Assembly (NCBI GenBank): GCA_035084275.1
Contig: CM068757.1
Location: forward strand, 6,262,001 to 6,326,000
DNA from: Hydrolagus colliei
Lineage: Eukaryota
Length of the DNA: 64,000 bases
Direction: 5' to 3'
The notes under the pieces were generated by a model. That model saw only the letters and a program-made list of their open reading frames with translations, made no database searches and was not told where the DNA came from. The position numbers and the translations under genes are program-made. Of this stretch, positions 38,587 to 51,245 are shown in pieces. Position 1 is the first letter of the stretch. Each line of letters begins with the position of its first letter.

Positions 38587-38860
38587 AGAAGAGGAAGGTT
38601 TTCAGACGGGACTTGAACAGAGGGAGAGTGGAGGCAAGGCATAGGGATTGAGGGAGAGTGTTCCAGAGTTTTGCGGCATAGTAGGCTGAATGAATGTTCT
38701 CTGATGGTGGGTGGACGGTGCGAGCAGGAGGCCGATGCCAGTCGAGCAGAGGCGTTGCGTGGTGGATTGGAGAATGAGGAGGTCGGAGAATTAGGGAGGT
38801 TCCGGAGAGTGAGTTCGATTTTAACAGGAGTGTGAGGATCTTAAAGTCGATCAGTTCGGT
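38587..38860 (-). mobile_element. L2 ORF2 3' remnant
   Basis: GGGAGAGTGTTCCAGAGTTT (KLWNTLP antisense) and GTGAGGATCTTAAAGTCGAT (IDFKILT antisense). Confidence 0.8.
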
Positions 38861-39569
38861 GATTGGGAGCCTGGCCGGAACTGATGAGATGTGGGCACGG
38901 AGTTTGGTCCGGGGTTAAATAGGTGTCGGAGGGTAAAATAACAAACACATAAATCATGCATTTTGAATCGAGATACCATCGCTAATTCTGGGTGCAGGAC
39001 AGGAAAGCATGGGAACTGAGAAGAGCTACAACTGCAGTTCGAGCTCTTAAGCATTTCCTGCTTCAGTTCTCTCCTTCCCAATTTACAGTTGCATTCTTTG
39101 TGGTGTAATTATCCGCCATTCCAATTTCCATTGAACCCAGAGTAATGTTCTTTTCCTTTCTTCCAATTGTGCACTTATCTTTTCTCTTACTTTGTGGGGT
39201 TGGGGTAGAGGTGGGTGGGTAAGAGAGAGAGAAGAACGTCAGGGCAACAGCTGTTTCTGCAACTCCTGTCTGATTGAAAGGAGGTGTGAGGGAGTTTGCG
39301 TAACTTTTTTTGGAAATTGTTTGCTTGGGGAGGAAGTGTTTAAATCTCCAGATGCTGAACTTCTCAGAAGTTTCAGGTAGTTAAACAAAAAGTTGACGTA
39401 ATGAGCAGAGACCCCACTGTTCACACCGGGGTTATTAGAACATTAAATAGCTTGGAAAATTTCAGGCAATGGGAAGCTTCAGATAGCCTGAACAATATAC
39501 TGTACAATGAAATGTGACAAAGACACTGAATGTAAAATATTTCTACATTGAAACACTTTCTCATTTACT

Positions 39570-39978
39570 GACTTGTCTCGCCACCAGTTCAGAAGGTTGT
39601 GGGTTGATGCCCCACTTCAGAGCTCAAGCTCACCGTCTGGTACTGGCTGACATTTATTCCAGTGCCATATTGAGAACTGCCACATTGTCAGACCTGTCAT
39701 ACTTCTAATGCGTTGTTAACCCCAAGTCCTATCTGTCTATTTGGGCAGATATTAAAGATCCTATGGTACTCTTGAAAAAGAAATTGATGATTCTCCCAGT
39801 GTCCTAGCCAACAAACCAATACTTTAATTAGTCATTCATCTCTTTTCTGTTTATGAGGATTTGCTGTACACAAAATGCAAGCACATTTGCTTCCAAAAAT
39901 AGTCCCCAATCATGAACGTAATTACTATGAAGCACTTTAAGATGTTTTGATATTATAGTTGCAATAAAAATGCAAGTT
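39570..39978 (+). mobile_element. Old full-length DeuSINE (SacSINE1-like)
   Basis: Head CAGAAGGTTGTGGGTTGATGCCCAC, Deu core TAAAGATCCTATGGTACT...TTCTCCCAGTGTCCTAGCCAAC, tail GAAGCACTTT...AAATGCAAGT. Confidence 0.8.
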
Positions 39979-40509
39979 CTTTGTTTCTCAACTCTTAAAT
40001 TGGTAACTGATTGCCGACTCTTGGGCTTTGTGAAATAATCAGTGATTAGTTGATGAAACCAACATTATGTTAGATCTTGTCTGGCCTTCTTAAGCAGCCC
40101 TTTGGCACACTTGTAAATTGAACAGGCAGTGCAGCTGTAGCATTCCATTTCTCAATGTCATCAGGTCTGTTTAATTAACAATCACTAATTGCATAATGCA
40201 ATTTGGTCCAGTGAAAGTAGACTCTTTTATCTCTGGGCAGCAGAGAGAAAACGCAAAAGTCTAGCCTTCTTTATTTCAGAAGCCAGAACAATTCAGATTA
40301 TACACTGAGATATTTAACGCAGAGCTCTGTCCCGCCAGCTGGAGGTTTAGCTTTTCCTGTTTTGTTTTTTGTGTAAACATGATAGATAATGCAATTAAAC
40401 AGTCATAACTGGGGCATTTTGAAGTGGAACCTCCTTGCTTCTGCTGCACAAAGGAATTTCAGCTATGTACCAAAATTTTGATAGTGACTGAGGAGCTCCA
40501 GTTAGTTAT

Positions 40510-40552
40510 AATAATAAAGATCCTTGGATTTGGTGTAGCGCTTTTCACATTT
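40510..40552 (-). mobile_element. Family-A SINE tail stub
   Basis: ATAATAAAGATCCTTGGATTTGGTGTAGCGCTTTTCACAT. Confidence 0.65.
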
Positions 40553-43500
40553 TATCTTTGACTTTTGAAATCTGTTGGCTGTTTCCAGCTGCTGATTTTG
40601 AGGAATATACAGTCACCACCGTTTTGCTGGCCTGTTGAGTTCATAGGTTAAAATGAGTAGGGGAGAGGAGAGGGAGAGACAGAATGGGAGACATCTGATG
40701 CACGTAGACACCTCTAGTGTTCTGGTGGCGAGCACATTATCATGATGATTGCATAGAAGAGGTCCTATTTCCGAGAAGTGCAGAGGAGGGCAGGAAAATG
40801 TACTTCAACTGCAACAGATCAGATATTGCAGGGTATCAGATATTACATGATGGTGATATGTGCTCGGGCTTCAAATGGGAGCGGAGTCTGGATTTCATGG
40901 TCAGTAAATGTGGGTATGTTTTGTGTCGCCATTGGACTGAAAAACAAGTTGGGACATTTTTAATGGCTCTCACATTCCATTGGTTCAAGCAAGATCAATT
41001 ATCCCCCCCACCCCCCAAGTCATCTCCACGATAAGCCGTATGAACATTGGCCATGTACTCTCAGATGCATTACACTGATGAAGGCAATCATTTAAAATAG
41101 TTGCTCTGTGGCAAAAATTGGCAGTCTTTCCCTAAACATGCCCTTATTTTAAAACGATATAAAAATCTTTCAATTGCAGTCCACCATTTTCAAAACAAAA
41201 TACTTCACTCATTTTTTTGGTTCGCATACAATCCAGCAACTGCAGCTCTATATAAAAAAGGCAGCGGCAGCATTGTATTTCTTGTGTCTTGCATTAATTT
41301 AACAGTGATGTGTGGCTGCTGCTCTTCTTCAAATGAAGAAAAGAGTAGTTTGCCAAAGAATCCTTATTTAAAAAAAATTGTCCTTATAAGACGGTGGAAT
41401 GGTCGCAAGCTAAGAAAATGAAGCCTATTGCTATTCAGTCAACACCAGATGGGCTTCATGGGGAATGAGCATAAATCAAGGTTTTATGTCTCTCCTTGAA
41501 TGTCAGTCATTGGACAGCCCTCATAGACTTCATTCTGGGTGAAGGCACAAAAATGCAACTTAACTACCATCCTTTCGATCGAGTAAGAAGAATGTGTCAT
41601 TGGTTGTAAATATTTTGTGTAAGAGCAGGGAGATAGATATTCACAATACATGTTCAATTTGCATTCACCCTAGCAAAGGGGTTTAAAATAGAACCATTGA
41701 TCACAGTGGATCGAGTGGAACAAGGTTCTTCTTCTGCTACAGCATAAAACTTTAAAGCCACTGTGATTGGGTTCAGAATTTCTACCTTGTTCACTTGTGC
41801 CGTCTGTATTTGTGCACTCAAGCTTCTGTGCTGGTTTCTGTAGTTCCTAATGAGGAATAAATGAACATGTCAATTGATCTCCATTTCTATTAAGTTGTTC
41901 AATGCTACAGTGATTTTTAGTTTTTTTTAAAATCTCGCCCATAGTTATCATAGGTTCATGTATATCATGAAATGGGCATGGGTGTGAAATGAATGAAAAG
42001 ACTGTGTGGACAGAACTAGTGTGTTTGACAGCCACATTTATTCATGTGCAGGCGGCCATGCCATTATTTTGAAGCGGTTCCAAAATGTGCAGATTATAGC
42101 AAAGAGTTTTATAGATCTCACATGTTGGTTTGAAGCCAAGACGCCAGAGGTGAAAGGCTGTGTGGCAATGGCAATATTTGCACAGTTGTAAGCCAAATGT
42201 TTGTTTGGAGTCTGGTTTTCATGTCCTATGTAGAGATAGTTTGCACTAAAAAGGAATAAGTTCAATTATTACACTGAATCAACCAGACTATGAAATACAG
42301 TGAAGAACTTTGCTCCACTTTCTGCTGTAGTTTATTGCACAAACTCATCTGGCCGAATATGAAGTGAAGGCTAATCTTTAGATATTCTGAATGTCTGCTT
42401 ATTGATAAGCCTTGACTTGAGAATTGATGTGAAAGTAAGTCTTGAGACTCGAAGGATTTTCTAGCTTTGCTCATTACACTTATCTCTCTTAATATGTTGA
42501 AATTACAGAAATGGCACAACTGTTATCTCAAACACCAAGGTCAACCCAAAGAGTGAGCTAATCCATACCACACAAATACCAATCAATAGATTTGTGTTCT
42601 ACTTTGATTCAGAAAAATCCACCACTCCTGCCTCCTTCTCCTGTTTGGTGCTTGTATCTTTCTCGCCTAAGGGAGAAGGCAGATAACTTAATCTGGCAAC
42701 AAAGAGGTGAATTGGAGAAGCCTGGAAAAAACTGTACCTCTGATGGACCTCCCTTTCTGTGAGGAAGTGGTAAAGATGACAGCTTTAATCTTTGCCTCAA
42801 AATAGGATAAATGATTTGCCCTACCAGTCAATACTTATATCACACCTTTCACATAATAAAACATCTCAAAGCCCTTCACCCCTTCAGTGTAGATCACCGA
42901 ACAAGATGGTGGGAGTGAAACCTGCTTTTATAAGAGAATCTGCTGTACAGGTGGATTCACAAGCATTGTATTCTGAGTCAGGTGATTTGTTTTTTAATCC
43001 TTGTATTAATATTTGTCAGAGATTATATATACCAACCACAGCACACGGATTGTGTGTGTGTGGGGTGGTGGTGGTGTGTGTGTCTGATTAGTTACTGATC
43101 TTGAGACAAAAGTGAGGTGCGTTCTGAGAGGAGCCATTTTCCCCATAGATTTTGGAAGCTCATTACTGGAAAGGTTCAGACTTAAGTAAACAAGTCACTC
43201 AAAGGGTTAGCTCACCAGGGGAAATGCCATCAGTGTATGAATTAATGATGTTACCCAAGGGAATGCTGGGTGGTTTCGGAAGTCTGAGAGCCACTGTTTT
43301 GTCTGGCAAAGGACTGCGTTTTAAGGGCATGGTGACGCAGGATGGGTGGAGTGAGGGTAGAAACTTCAGTTATCCGTGGGTTCTCTAATGTTCATGACAA
43401 TGTACTTTGTTTCTGGAAGGTGGGATAAGGATGTGAATGGACCAGCCCTGCCTCCGTACTACTATATTAGTTTTTTTTAAATACAATGTTGTAATTCAGT

Positions 43501-43673
43501 GGAATATTGGCAATGACTACATTTGTCATTACTCGGCTCCATTTTGACCAGTGAGATCCTACATTGGGTGCAATGGTCTCAGTACAGCTAATGCAGAGTT
43601 TGCACAAATTGCTAGACTCAAAATACAATACCTTCTTATCACATGTTTGGTTGATGATAATAAGGTAGAATAT

Positions 43674-43806
43674 GTTCTAAAGAAAGATCATCGGCCTGAA
43701 ACATTAACTTGTTTTCTTCTATTTATAGATGCTGCTGACCTGCTGAGTATTCCCAGTGACTTATGTTTTTATTTCAGATTTCCAGCATCTGCATTGTTTG
43801 GCCTTT
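43674..43806 (+). mobile_element. Penelope-like pLTR fragment with a degenerate hammerhead
   Basis: GTT CTAAAGA..GGCCT GAAACATT AAC...AGATGCTGCTGACCTGCTGAGTATTCCCAG...TTTCAGATTTCCAGCATCTGCA; homologous to 54957-55113. Confidence 0.75.
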
Positions 43807-45094
43807 GAATAAGGGTGTTGTTTTTAGTAGTGGAAAGGCCAATGATACATTTGTGACAAAGGTTTTTATTGATGTGTTCATACACACCCAAGCTCCTTCT
43901 ATGAGTGTAAATGTTTTTGGAAGGCTTTAAAATTAGAAAAAAAAACTTTCCGCTTTGTGCACCTACAATGTTGAAACGTCCTTAAGTATTTCACAGTAAT
44001 TCCTATTGGAATATAGTGTCTGTATTTTTTTGTGTGTGCAAAGTAAGATCTGTCTCCTGCTGGGTTGCTATCATTACATTACACCCAACTGTGGGGTAGA
44101 ATCTGTGAAACTTTTCACAATGGGAATCAGAGTGAACATTGCATTTCATAATGTTAGATGTTATTGTGCGCTGCAGGAAATGAGCATTTAACTTTTCCCC
44201 CCTAAAAAGTACCCCTTTGTTAATTTGCAATCATCTCCTTGGTTCCCAAGCACTGTGCCTCATTCAGTTTTCGCAGGAGTGACTTTGCCACCCACACAAC
44301 TGCCTGTGCTCGTCTGTAACCATTTATTAGCTGTTCCAGCGGTAGCATCGTTTCAGGAGATTCTTTCCTCCTTCCTGTTCAATTACGAATGAAAGTATTA
44401 AAATGGCTCTTATATCACGTTTGATGTAATTTTTTTTAAAAAAAGAAGCCCTCCTCCATCCCCAAAACAATGAAAACAAACCCAATGTATTGTTATATTT
44501 GAAACTGGATCAGTAAGTCAAGTATTAATGTATTTTTCTTATTAAATGTGCAAATAATTAATCTTGGGTACCAATCATCTGCTACACCAATAAGTCATCA
44601 ACCCTATATAGTTTGGCAGTAGAGTTGAACTATGTTATAATTTAATTTTAACAATATCTCCATGTGGGTTCTCTGAATTCTTTTTATCCACCACTTCCCA
44701 CTTTGGGCTGCAGACGGTCTTTGCTGTAACTGCTCAAATTTTGTTATCTTTTGACGCTCATGTGTCTGTGTGGTTCATGACCAAGAGGACACTCAAGTTC
44801 ACAAGAAGGGAACACAAAGTTTCCATGACGAGCATTTACTATGTAAATATAATGCATGGCCTTGTAACTGCAAACAAGTCTTGGTTGTGCCAAAAATTAG
44901 TTCATGACCCACCTTTTTTCAAAAGCAAATCTTCCTAACAGTTTATTTCAAAAAGCAATATTTTCTCGTAGCTGCTCCTGGGGTTACAATCAAGTCGGAT
45001 ACAGATCACAACGCAGCTTCAAAACCTTGAAAGCAACTTCTCTCCAGCGCAAAATCTGGTTTTATTTGCTTCCTTCCCCCCTTCTTTCCTGCGT

Positions 45095-45300
45095 GTCAGC
45101 CTAGCTGTGTGATAACCCTCTCACCTCTGTGTCAGAAGACTTTGGGTTTAAAACCCCATACTCAAATTTGAGTTTTATGAGGCTGACACTGGGGTTTGGC
45201 TGCTTTATTGGAAGTGCTGCATTTGGGATGAGAGGAAGGTGAAGTTAAGTGGGAATCCTGACTGCTTATCCTCGGGTGAGCACCGTAGATCCCATGAGGT
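45095..45300 (+). mobile_element. Old DeuSINE 5' half
   Basis: CTCTCACCTCTGTGTCAGAAGACTTTGGGTTTAAAACCCCA...AGGCTGACACT...AGATCCCATG. Confidence 0.65.
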
Positions 45301-46849
45301 TATTTTAATGGTATTCTTCTAGGAGTATGCCATTGTATAAATTTGATGAGCAGGGTAAACAGCTTTGCAAAGTAGCAACATTCAGAAAGATCCTTTGACA
45401 AAGTTTTTCCATATGCTTAGTGTCATTGTTTCCTTCCGGATGGGTTATGCCCAGAAGAAGATTGGGTGATATGTGTCGTGCCCCTAATTTTCTACAGCAA
45501 TCCCTTTATACTGGGTATGTGGATGCTGTGTGGAACTCTCTGGCACGTATAGTGATTTCACACTCCTTATTTCAGCTTTACATTCCACCCCCTTCCAGTG
45601 TAGCTGAATTGCCAAACATTGATAACTGCTAATGCCTCTCTAAATGAGATTTGGTCACCAATCCAAACAAACTTTTACAAAGGAAAACTTGTTTCGCTGA
45701 ACTATGGACACTGTTCTTAGCAGGCTATTAAACATTACCTCTATTCAGAAGAAAAGTGTACAACTTAGAAGTGGATATTGAGATGACGTTGGACAGATAC
45801 AACGTTCATTCTGCTGGTTGAAAGAGTTGAGAGGGCGATTTTGATCAAATGCTCCAGGCAAAACCTTACAGAGTTGAGAACAAATATGACCTTTTAAAAA
45901 CTGGTTACAAAGCAAATGGCTTTGAGTCCACACCAGCCTTGCAGATATATTGATATAAAGCAGACCAGTTCTTGTTAGATTAGAATAGAATAAATGAATA
46001 ACAAATCTATTATAGCTGGGGTGCAAAATTAGATTGATGAGCTGTAACTAAACAGTAATATAGGCATCAAATCTTGGGTAAAGGTATCTTCTACAAAGAC
46101 GGAAACAATTTTCAAAGAAAGGGGTAGAGAAGTGTAATATACTTGAACGTAAAGAAAACAGTTGCCAGATTATTTAATACCCTGACTTTTTAAAACAAAA
46201 CAACTTTAAATTCACCTCAACATTTTCTGAATATATTTTAAAAAGGAGTTTTAATGTCTTTAATTCTTGTTCTTTGGGAGAATATTTAGAATTTGCATCC
46301 TAGCCAGTTGCATTACTTTTTTCTTTAAAAGGCACCTTACCAAGAGTTTTTTGGAGAAACATTTATTTTAAAATATTTTTGGTACCCAAACCATTTTGTT
46401 GAATCCATTAAAAATATCTAGCACAGTGATTGCATGAGGGATCTTAATTCACAGTAAACATGGATATTACTTCTGTGTCAGCATGGTAGGTTTATTCAGC
46501 TCTCTGATAACCAAGTAGGAACTGGGAGCTGTATGTACGTACAATTCAGTTTCTGTTTATCACCATAACTGTGTCTAATCGAAGAAAGCTGACTAAAATA
46601 TGGTCTGCCCTTGTCTGGATTGGAAAGGCTGTCCGTGCCAGCAGTGAGTTTTGCTGTTTCTAGTTTAATTTAGTGGAAAGAAGTGGTTGGCGATGCCCCC
46701 CAAACCCTCTTTGATACCAATCTAAGTGCCAGGTCTTCTGCCCCTCCCAATGCCTTAACTATACCAGTATTTGGGTGCCTTTATAACAACTTTATTGGTA
46801 TTGTGGTTTTTCTGCTAGTTGAAACTGAAGGAAACACATTCCCATAGTT

Positions 46850-47045
46850 TTTTCCATTCTCCTCCCTTCCCCCCCCCCCTCCCCCCCGCTTTTCCTGCAA
46901 ACAGGCCTTCAGGCTGGGGTGTGGTTTCCTTGATCATAGCCTCTCTCGATTGACCGTCTCAAGAGTCCAATCTTCATATAGGAGTGTTAGTGATGAGTGT
47001 TGTCGGCTAATCAAAGGCCGGAGCCTCACAGCCAAGCTCGGTCAT
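46850..47045 (-). mobile_element. Ancient SINE fragment (family B)
   Basis: CAATCTTCATAT...TGAGTGTTGTCGGCTAATC...TCACAGCCAAGCTCGGTC. Confidence 0.45.
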
Positions 47046-47062
47046 GTGTAACATGTGTCTGT

Positions 47063-47200
47063 GGGACACCTCTATGTGCAATTCGGTGCCACATTTCCCA
47101 AACAAAATATACAGTAAATTTTATAGTATATTCTTTGAAGCGCTTTGAGATGTCCCGAATACATGATAAGGCCCTTATATCAAATGCAAGGATTATTATT
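47063..47200 (+). mobile_element. Family-A SINE 3' part (the only sense-strand copy found)
   Basis: ...GAAGCGCTTTGAGATGTC...TATATCAAATGCAAGGATTATTATT. Confidence 0.85.
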
Positions 47201-48882
47201 GAGTTCCGTCAGGAGCCATTGAGCAGCAAGAAGAAATGAGAATACTGGCTTCTGGGCAATTTAAAACCGATTACACTGCATCCACAGCTCCCTACCTCCA
47301 AACTGTTTATTCAGCAAAGACTAGTAATCTTTCGGCTTTGCGTGCCTCACTTCTCTGTGATGTACTGTACTGTATTTACCCACTGAGCTGACATTGGGAG
47401 TCCTTAATAATTTATTTTCAAACACTTATTTTCCCCCTCAACACCAATAAATAAATTGGCTGGGTCATAAAGCTTCTTGCCACAAGCACAGTGAAAAGGG
47501 TTGAGGCTTTTTGATTGAACTGGTCTTGTAATAAATATCAATATTGCTTTCTCCTCTGCTCTGTCAATCTAACACACCATATGTTTCACGAATATGATAG
47601 TCCCAGGTCTGAAGGTGTGCTCCGATATCTTGTTACTCTGTAGCTTGTGTAACAATATTCCATGCTTACAAAGTATCTTGAGATTAAGTGTATGAAATTA
47701 ATCAAAGTGCCTTGTTAAAAATATACATCAAAGTGGAGGCTGAGGGCACAACTCTTGCCAGAACAGCAATGGACCTGCCTGAAATCCAAGAAAATGAATG
47801 TTTTTTTTTTAAAAAAGCTCTGCTTTGTTTGTTTCATTCTGGACTACTTTTGATCTTTGTCTGTCTGTGGTGATTTGTGGGTTGGTGAAATAACTGTAAT
47901 AGCAGGATTAGTAACATTTAGCATGGAGGCGAATCCTGGACTTGAGACAACTTTGTTAAAGTAACTATTGACTTGAATTCTAATGTGTAAACCATTTCTT
48001 GTTGATACCAGGACTAATTGATATTGTATTCAGGGTGGTGAAATAGTAGAAATGTGAAATTGACACATTTGTATTTGTTTTTAAAGGGAGTACTTTGTTT
48101 AAATCACTCCTTCCAATGTTGTTCAATGCCAGTACTGTATTGTATTCTAAGTCAGAATTTGCAATTGCGCTGTATGTTTGTGCAGGCATCTAGATCATTA
48201 AAATATTTTCTAACCTTGAATTTGTTTAAGATACACCTAAAAATACAAAAAATTACTTTTGTTCTATTCTCTCTCCATTGAGCTTCTGGGACCTGATGTG
48301 CAATAAATGTACAATAAAAACCCCACTGATTAACCTGTATTATTTATACAACAATTTTAAAGTATTGCATATTGAACTATTCAGATTATAGAGAAAATCA
48401 CGTTGAATAGAAGGGCAGGTTAAGAGTATTTATCAATTTCTCCTTCCTTATGATTAGTAGTTACATAGTTAAATGAGCAAATGCATGTTTTCAAATAGTT
48501 TTTTTGCTGGTCTTGATGGTGTAATAAGACAATACCCTGCAATAGATTGAAGTATGTGAATGGTAGTGCATATCTGATCTCAGCCTGAACTAATGGGTTT
48601 GAAGTGTTCCTATTGAGAATATATGACAGATTGGAAGGTGAGTCAAAACGCTGTGAAGATGACACCTCTTATCATGGTTTAGACTAGAGAACATGAATGT
48701 CCCAGAGCAGGTCCCCCTCCTGGTTAAGAAGTGTTTAGATTAGAACCCACAGAATGGAGGGGAGTTAGGGTGAATGGCATTGTGAAGAGAAAATTTAAGT
48801 TTAAGTGATTTCCCACACTCTTTGATTTCCACGGATTTCCGTATTGTTACTTTGTCTTAAGCAAAGTTTAGAGATATATATC

Positions 48883-48940
48883 AGAGCTTTGGGACGTCCT
48901 CCCGACGTGAAAGGCCCTATATAAGTGCAATTTTGTTGTT
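48883..48940 (+). mobile_element. L2-type 3' tail
   Basis: CTTTGGGACGTCCTCCCGACGTGAAAGGCCCTATATAAGTGCAATTTTGTTGTT, very similar to 27395-27449. Confidence 0.8.
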
Positions 48941-49539
48941 CTGTATGTGTATATCTATTATATATAAAGCACATTCTAGTGGAGCTTCCAGCACAGGGAA
49001 AGTTACAACAAAGTCTCACAAATTTCAGATGAGTTGAATTGATAGGAACAGCTGGCCGGAATACCTTTACATGAAAGGTTTTAATTAAGACTACAGTATT
49101 TCATTCTTCAATGATAATGACCCGTGTGTTTTAGGACTAAACCACTGACTGGGCTGTGTGACTGACACTGTTTTCATTCTTTCACTCTACAGTTTGACTT
49201 GGCTGGCGGTGGGGGGGGGGGAGGCATGAAATTTGACCATGTGCAACAGTATTTACAGGCCTTGGTGGGGGTGGGGGAGCTGGGTTTTTGGATTTGGTGA
49301 AGTGGGGAAAAGAGGTTGTGATTTTTTTTGGCCTGGTTTGTGATAGCATAGAACTTATTTTAAAGTTTACATTTTATTCCCATAGAATTCTTGTATATAT
49401 ACTTTTTACTTATCTTTTCCTTTCCCCCCAAAAAAGTCATTGAATTTAAAATATCTTGTTAAATGTGCTCCTTCGAGGCAACTGTTTGTTTCAAACCAGG
49501 AGCCAAGTGTGTCTGTGAGCTCAACTCTTGTTTGTAGGG

Positions 49540-50443
49540 ATGAGAAGTGGACAGGACAGGAAAGGGGGGTGTGGGAGGAGGGGGGAACTAAAGCAGGGAC
49601 AGTGTGCTTTATGTGTGATTTATGCAAGGCGTTTCTGCCCAGAGAGAGAGAGAGAGGAGAGAATCTACAGCTCAGTGACTGCTTCCCAAACTCTAGTCCA
49701 GCCCATCTGGGTCCGGAATTTGTCTCCCACAAAAAAAATGTTTTTGTAGCTCTGAAGAGAGAGGAAGTTAGAAGCATATCTGTGCATCTTGATACACACA
49801 GTGGAGGAGGTGAGGGTGTGTGTGTGTGTGTGAGGGGGGGGGGATTGCAGTGGAGTGGCCAACCCTACAACAACTGTTAGTTGATGGCAAAGTGAGATCC
49901 AGTTTATTTAGCAGATGAGGAGTTGGGGGTTTATATACACACCCGCCCTCCCATACACACACACACACACACACAGGGAAAGGAATTATCATTGGAGGGG
50001 GATGAACGTGGCAGACAGTGGATGCAGTTAGTCTGCAGCTAGTTGGGAGCAAAGTAGTCAGTGTAGTGTTAGTGCACTCAGTTTCTTCTTCTTATTATTA
50101 TTATTATTATTGGTGTTGGCTGAAACTGAGTCCCTTCACCTCCTGGACACATTTCTCAGGCGGTGGGACCGTTAATTATTCCCGCAGCCTTGCTGCTTAA
50201 TTAAAGGCAGACAGTCAGTCAGCAGAGTAGAGCAGAGCAAGTCTCTCTCTCTCTCTCCTTCCTTCCTTCCTTCCTTCCTGAGGAGTTTGCAGGAGGATTT
50301 CATAGAATAAATAGCCACTCTTGGAAACGGAACATCGTTTCACACACACACACACACACACACGTATAGACACACACACACACACACAGACAGAAAAAAT
50401 ATTATTCAGTCTGGACTTCATCATCAGGCTCCTGTCTACGAGC
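49540..50443 (+). promoter_or_regulatory. Putative internal promoter and 5' UTR of alternative first exon 1b
   Basis: No recognisable transposons; rich in microsatellites ((GA)n, (GT)n, (CA)n, (TAT)n, (CCTT)n). AT-rich TTAATTAAA (~50197) precedes CAGTCAGTC, and there is no ATG between ~50210 and the start at 50444. Confidence 0.5.
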
Positions 50444-50481
50444 ATGAGGCTGAAGAGGAATGGGTCGTACACGTTGCACAG
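50444..50481 (+). CDS. MOB2: Candidate alternative first coding exon of MOB2 (MRLKRNGSYTLH-R, phase 2)
   Basis: AGC ATG AGG CTG AAG AGG AAT GGG TCG TAC ACG TTG CAC AG|GTACAG. A at -3, same phase as exon 1, CpGs retained. Confidence 0.65.
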
Positions 50482-50864
50482 GTACAGTTAGTGACTAATC
50501 AACCAGTCTGTAACTTGTCCTGTTAGTATTACTGTGTCTCTCTCTCTCTCTCGCTCCCACCCCCAAGCCTCCTCTCCCTCTCCTTTATTCTTTTAAAATA
50601 GAAAATAGCGTGAGGTGGGTCAGGCTGAGAGAAAAGGGGGGGGGGGGGGGTAATAAAAAAAACGCTGTGTGGAGCAGATGTGAGATTAGCATTTATCCTG
50701 ATCTTCCTCGAATCCACTCCCCAAATCAGAGTCAGCAAACAGATGCTGTCTGTGTGTGTTTGTCTGTGTGTGTGTGAGTGTGTGTTTGCAGTGTGAGTTC
50801 AGCCTGCCTTCATGTCTAGGTTAAATATACCTCGGGCTTCAGCAGATGACCTCTTCTTATGTGT

Positions 50865-50992
50865 NNNNNNNNNNNNNNNNNNNNNNNNNNNNNNNNNNNN
50901 NNNNNNNNNNNNNNNNNNNNNNNNNNNNNNNNNNNNNNNNNNNNNNNNNNNNNNNNNNNNNNNNNNNNNNNNNNNNNNNNNNNNNNNNNNNN
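50865..50992. other. Assembly gap (128 N)
   Basis: Run of N between GT-repeat-like flanks. Confidence 1.
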
Positions 50993-51207
50993 ACCGGTGG
51001 GTGTGTGTGCTAAACCTCCGACCACAACAGGCGAGGAGGAGATTAATGCAGACCTTGGGAACAGCAGCAGCAGCATGTGAAGCGCCACCAGAGACAGGGA
51101 GAGGGAGAGAGTGTGGGAGTGGGAGAGGGAGTTGAGTTGAGTGAGTTGAGAGGCAGAAACAACAACAACAACAGCAACCAGCAAAAGCTCACAACCCCAC
51201 GACTCAA

Positions 51208-51245
51208 ATGGACATCCTGTTTTGCCTGGATTGCGTCTTGTTTAG
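51208..51245 (+). CDS. MOB2: Candidate alternative first coding exon of MOB2 (MDILFCLDCVLF-R, phase 2)
   Basis: ATG GAC ATC CTG TTT TGC CTG GAT TGC GTC TTG TTT AG|GTATTG. G at +4, same phase as exon 1, preceded by a purine/(CAA)-rich UTR-like stretch and followed by U/UG-rich intron-like sequence. Confidence 0.5.

Noticed and set aside
39192-39380. Open frame ending ..ELLRSFR at a phase-2 CAG|GTAG
   Set aside because: No in-frame ATG and a weak donor; the nearby ATG gives phase 1, which is incompatible with MOB2 exon 2.
50812-50825. ATG TCT AG|GTTAAA as a further phase-2 micro first exon
   Set aside because: Poor donor and only 8 coding nt; indistinguishable from chance.
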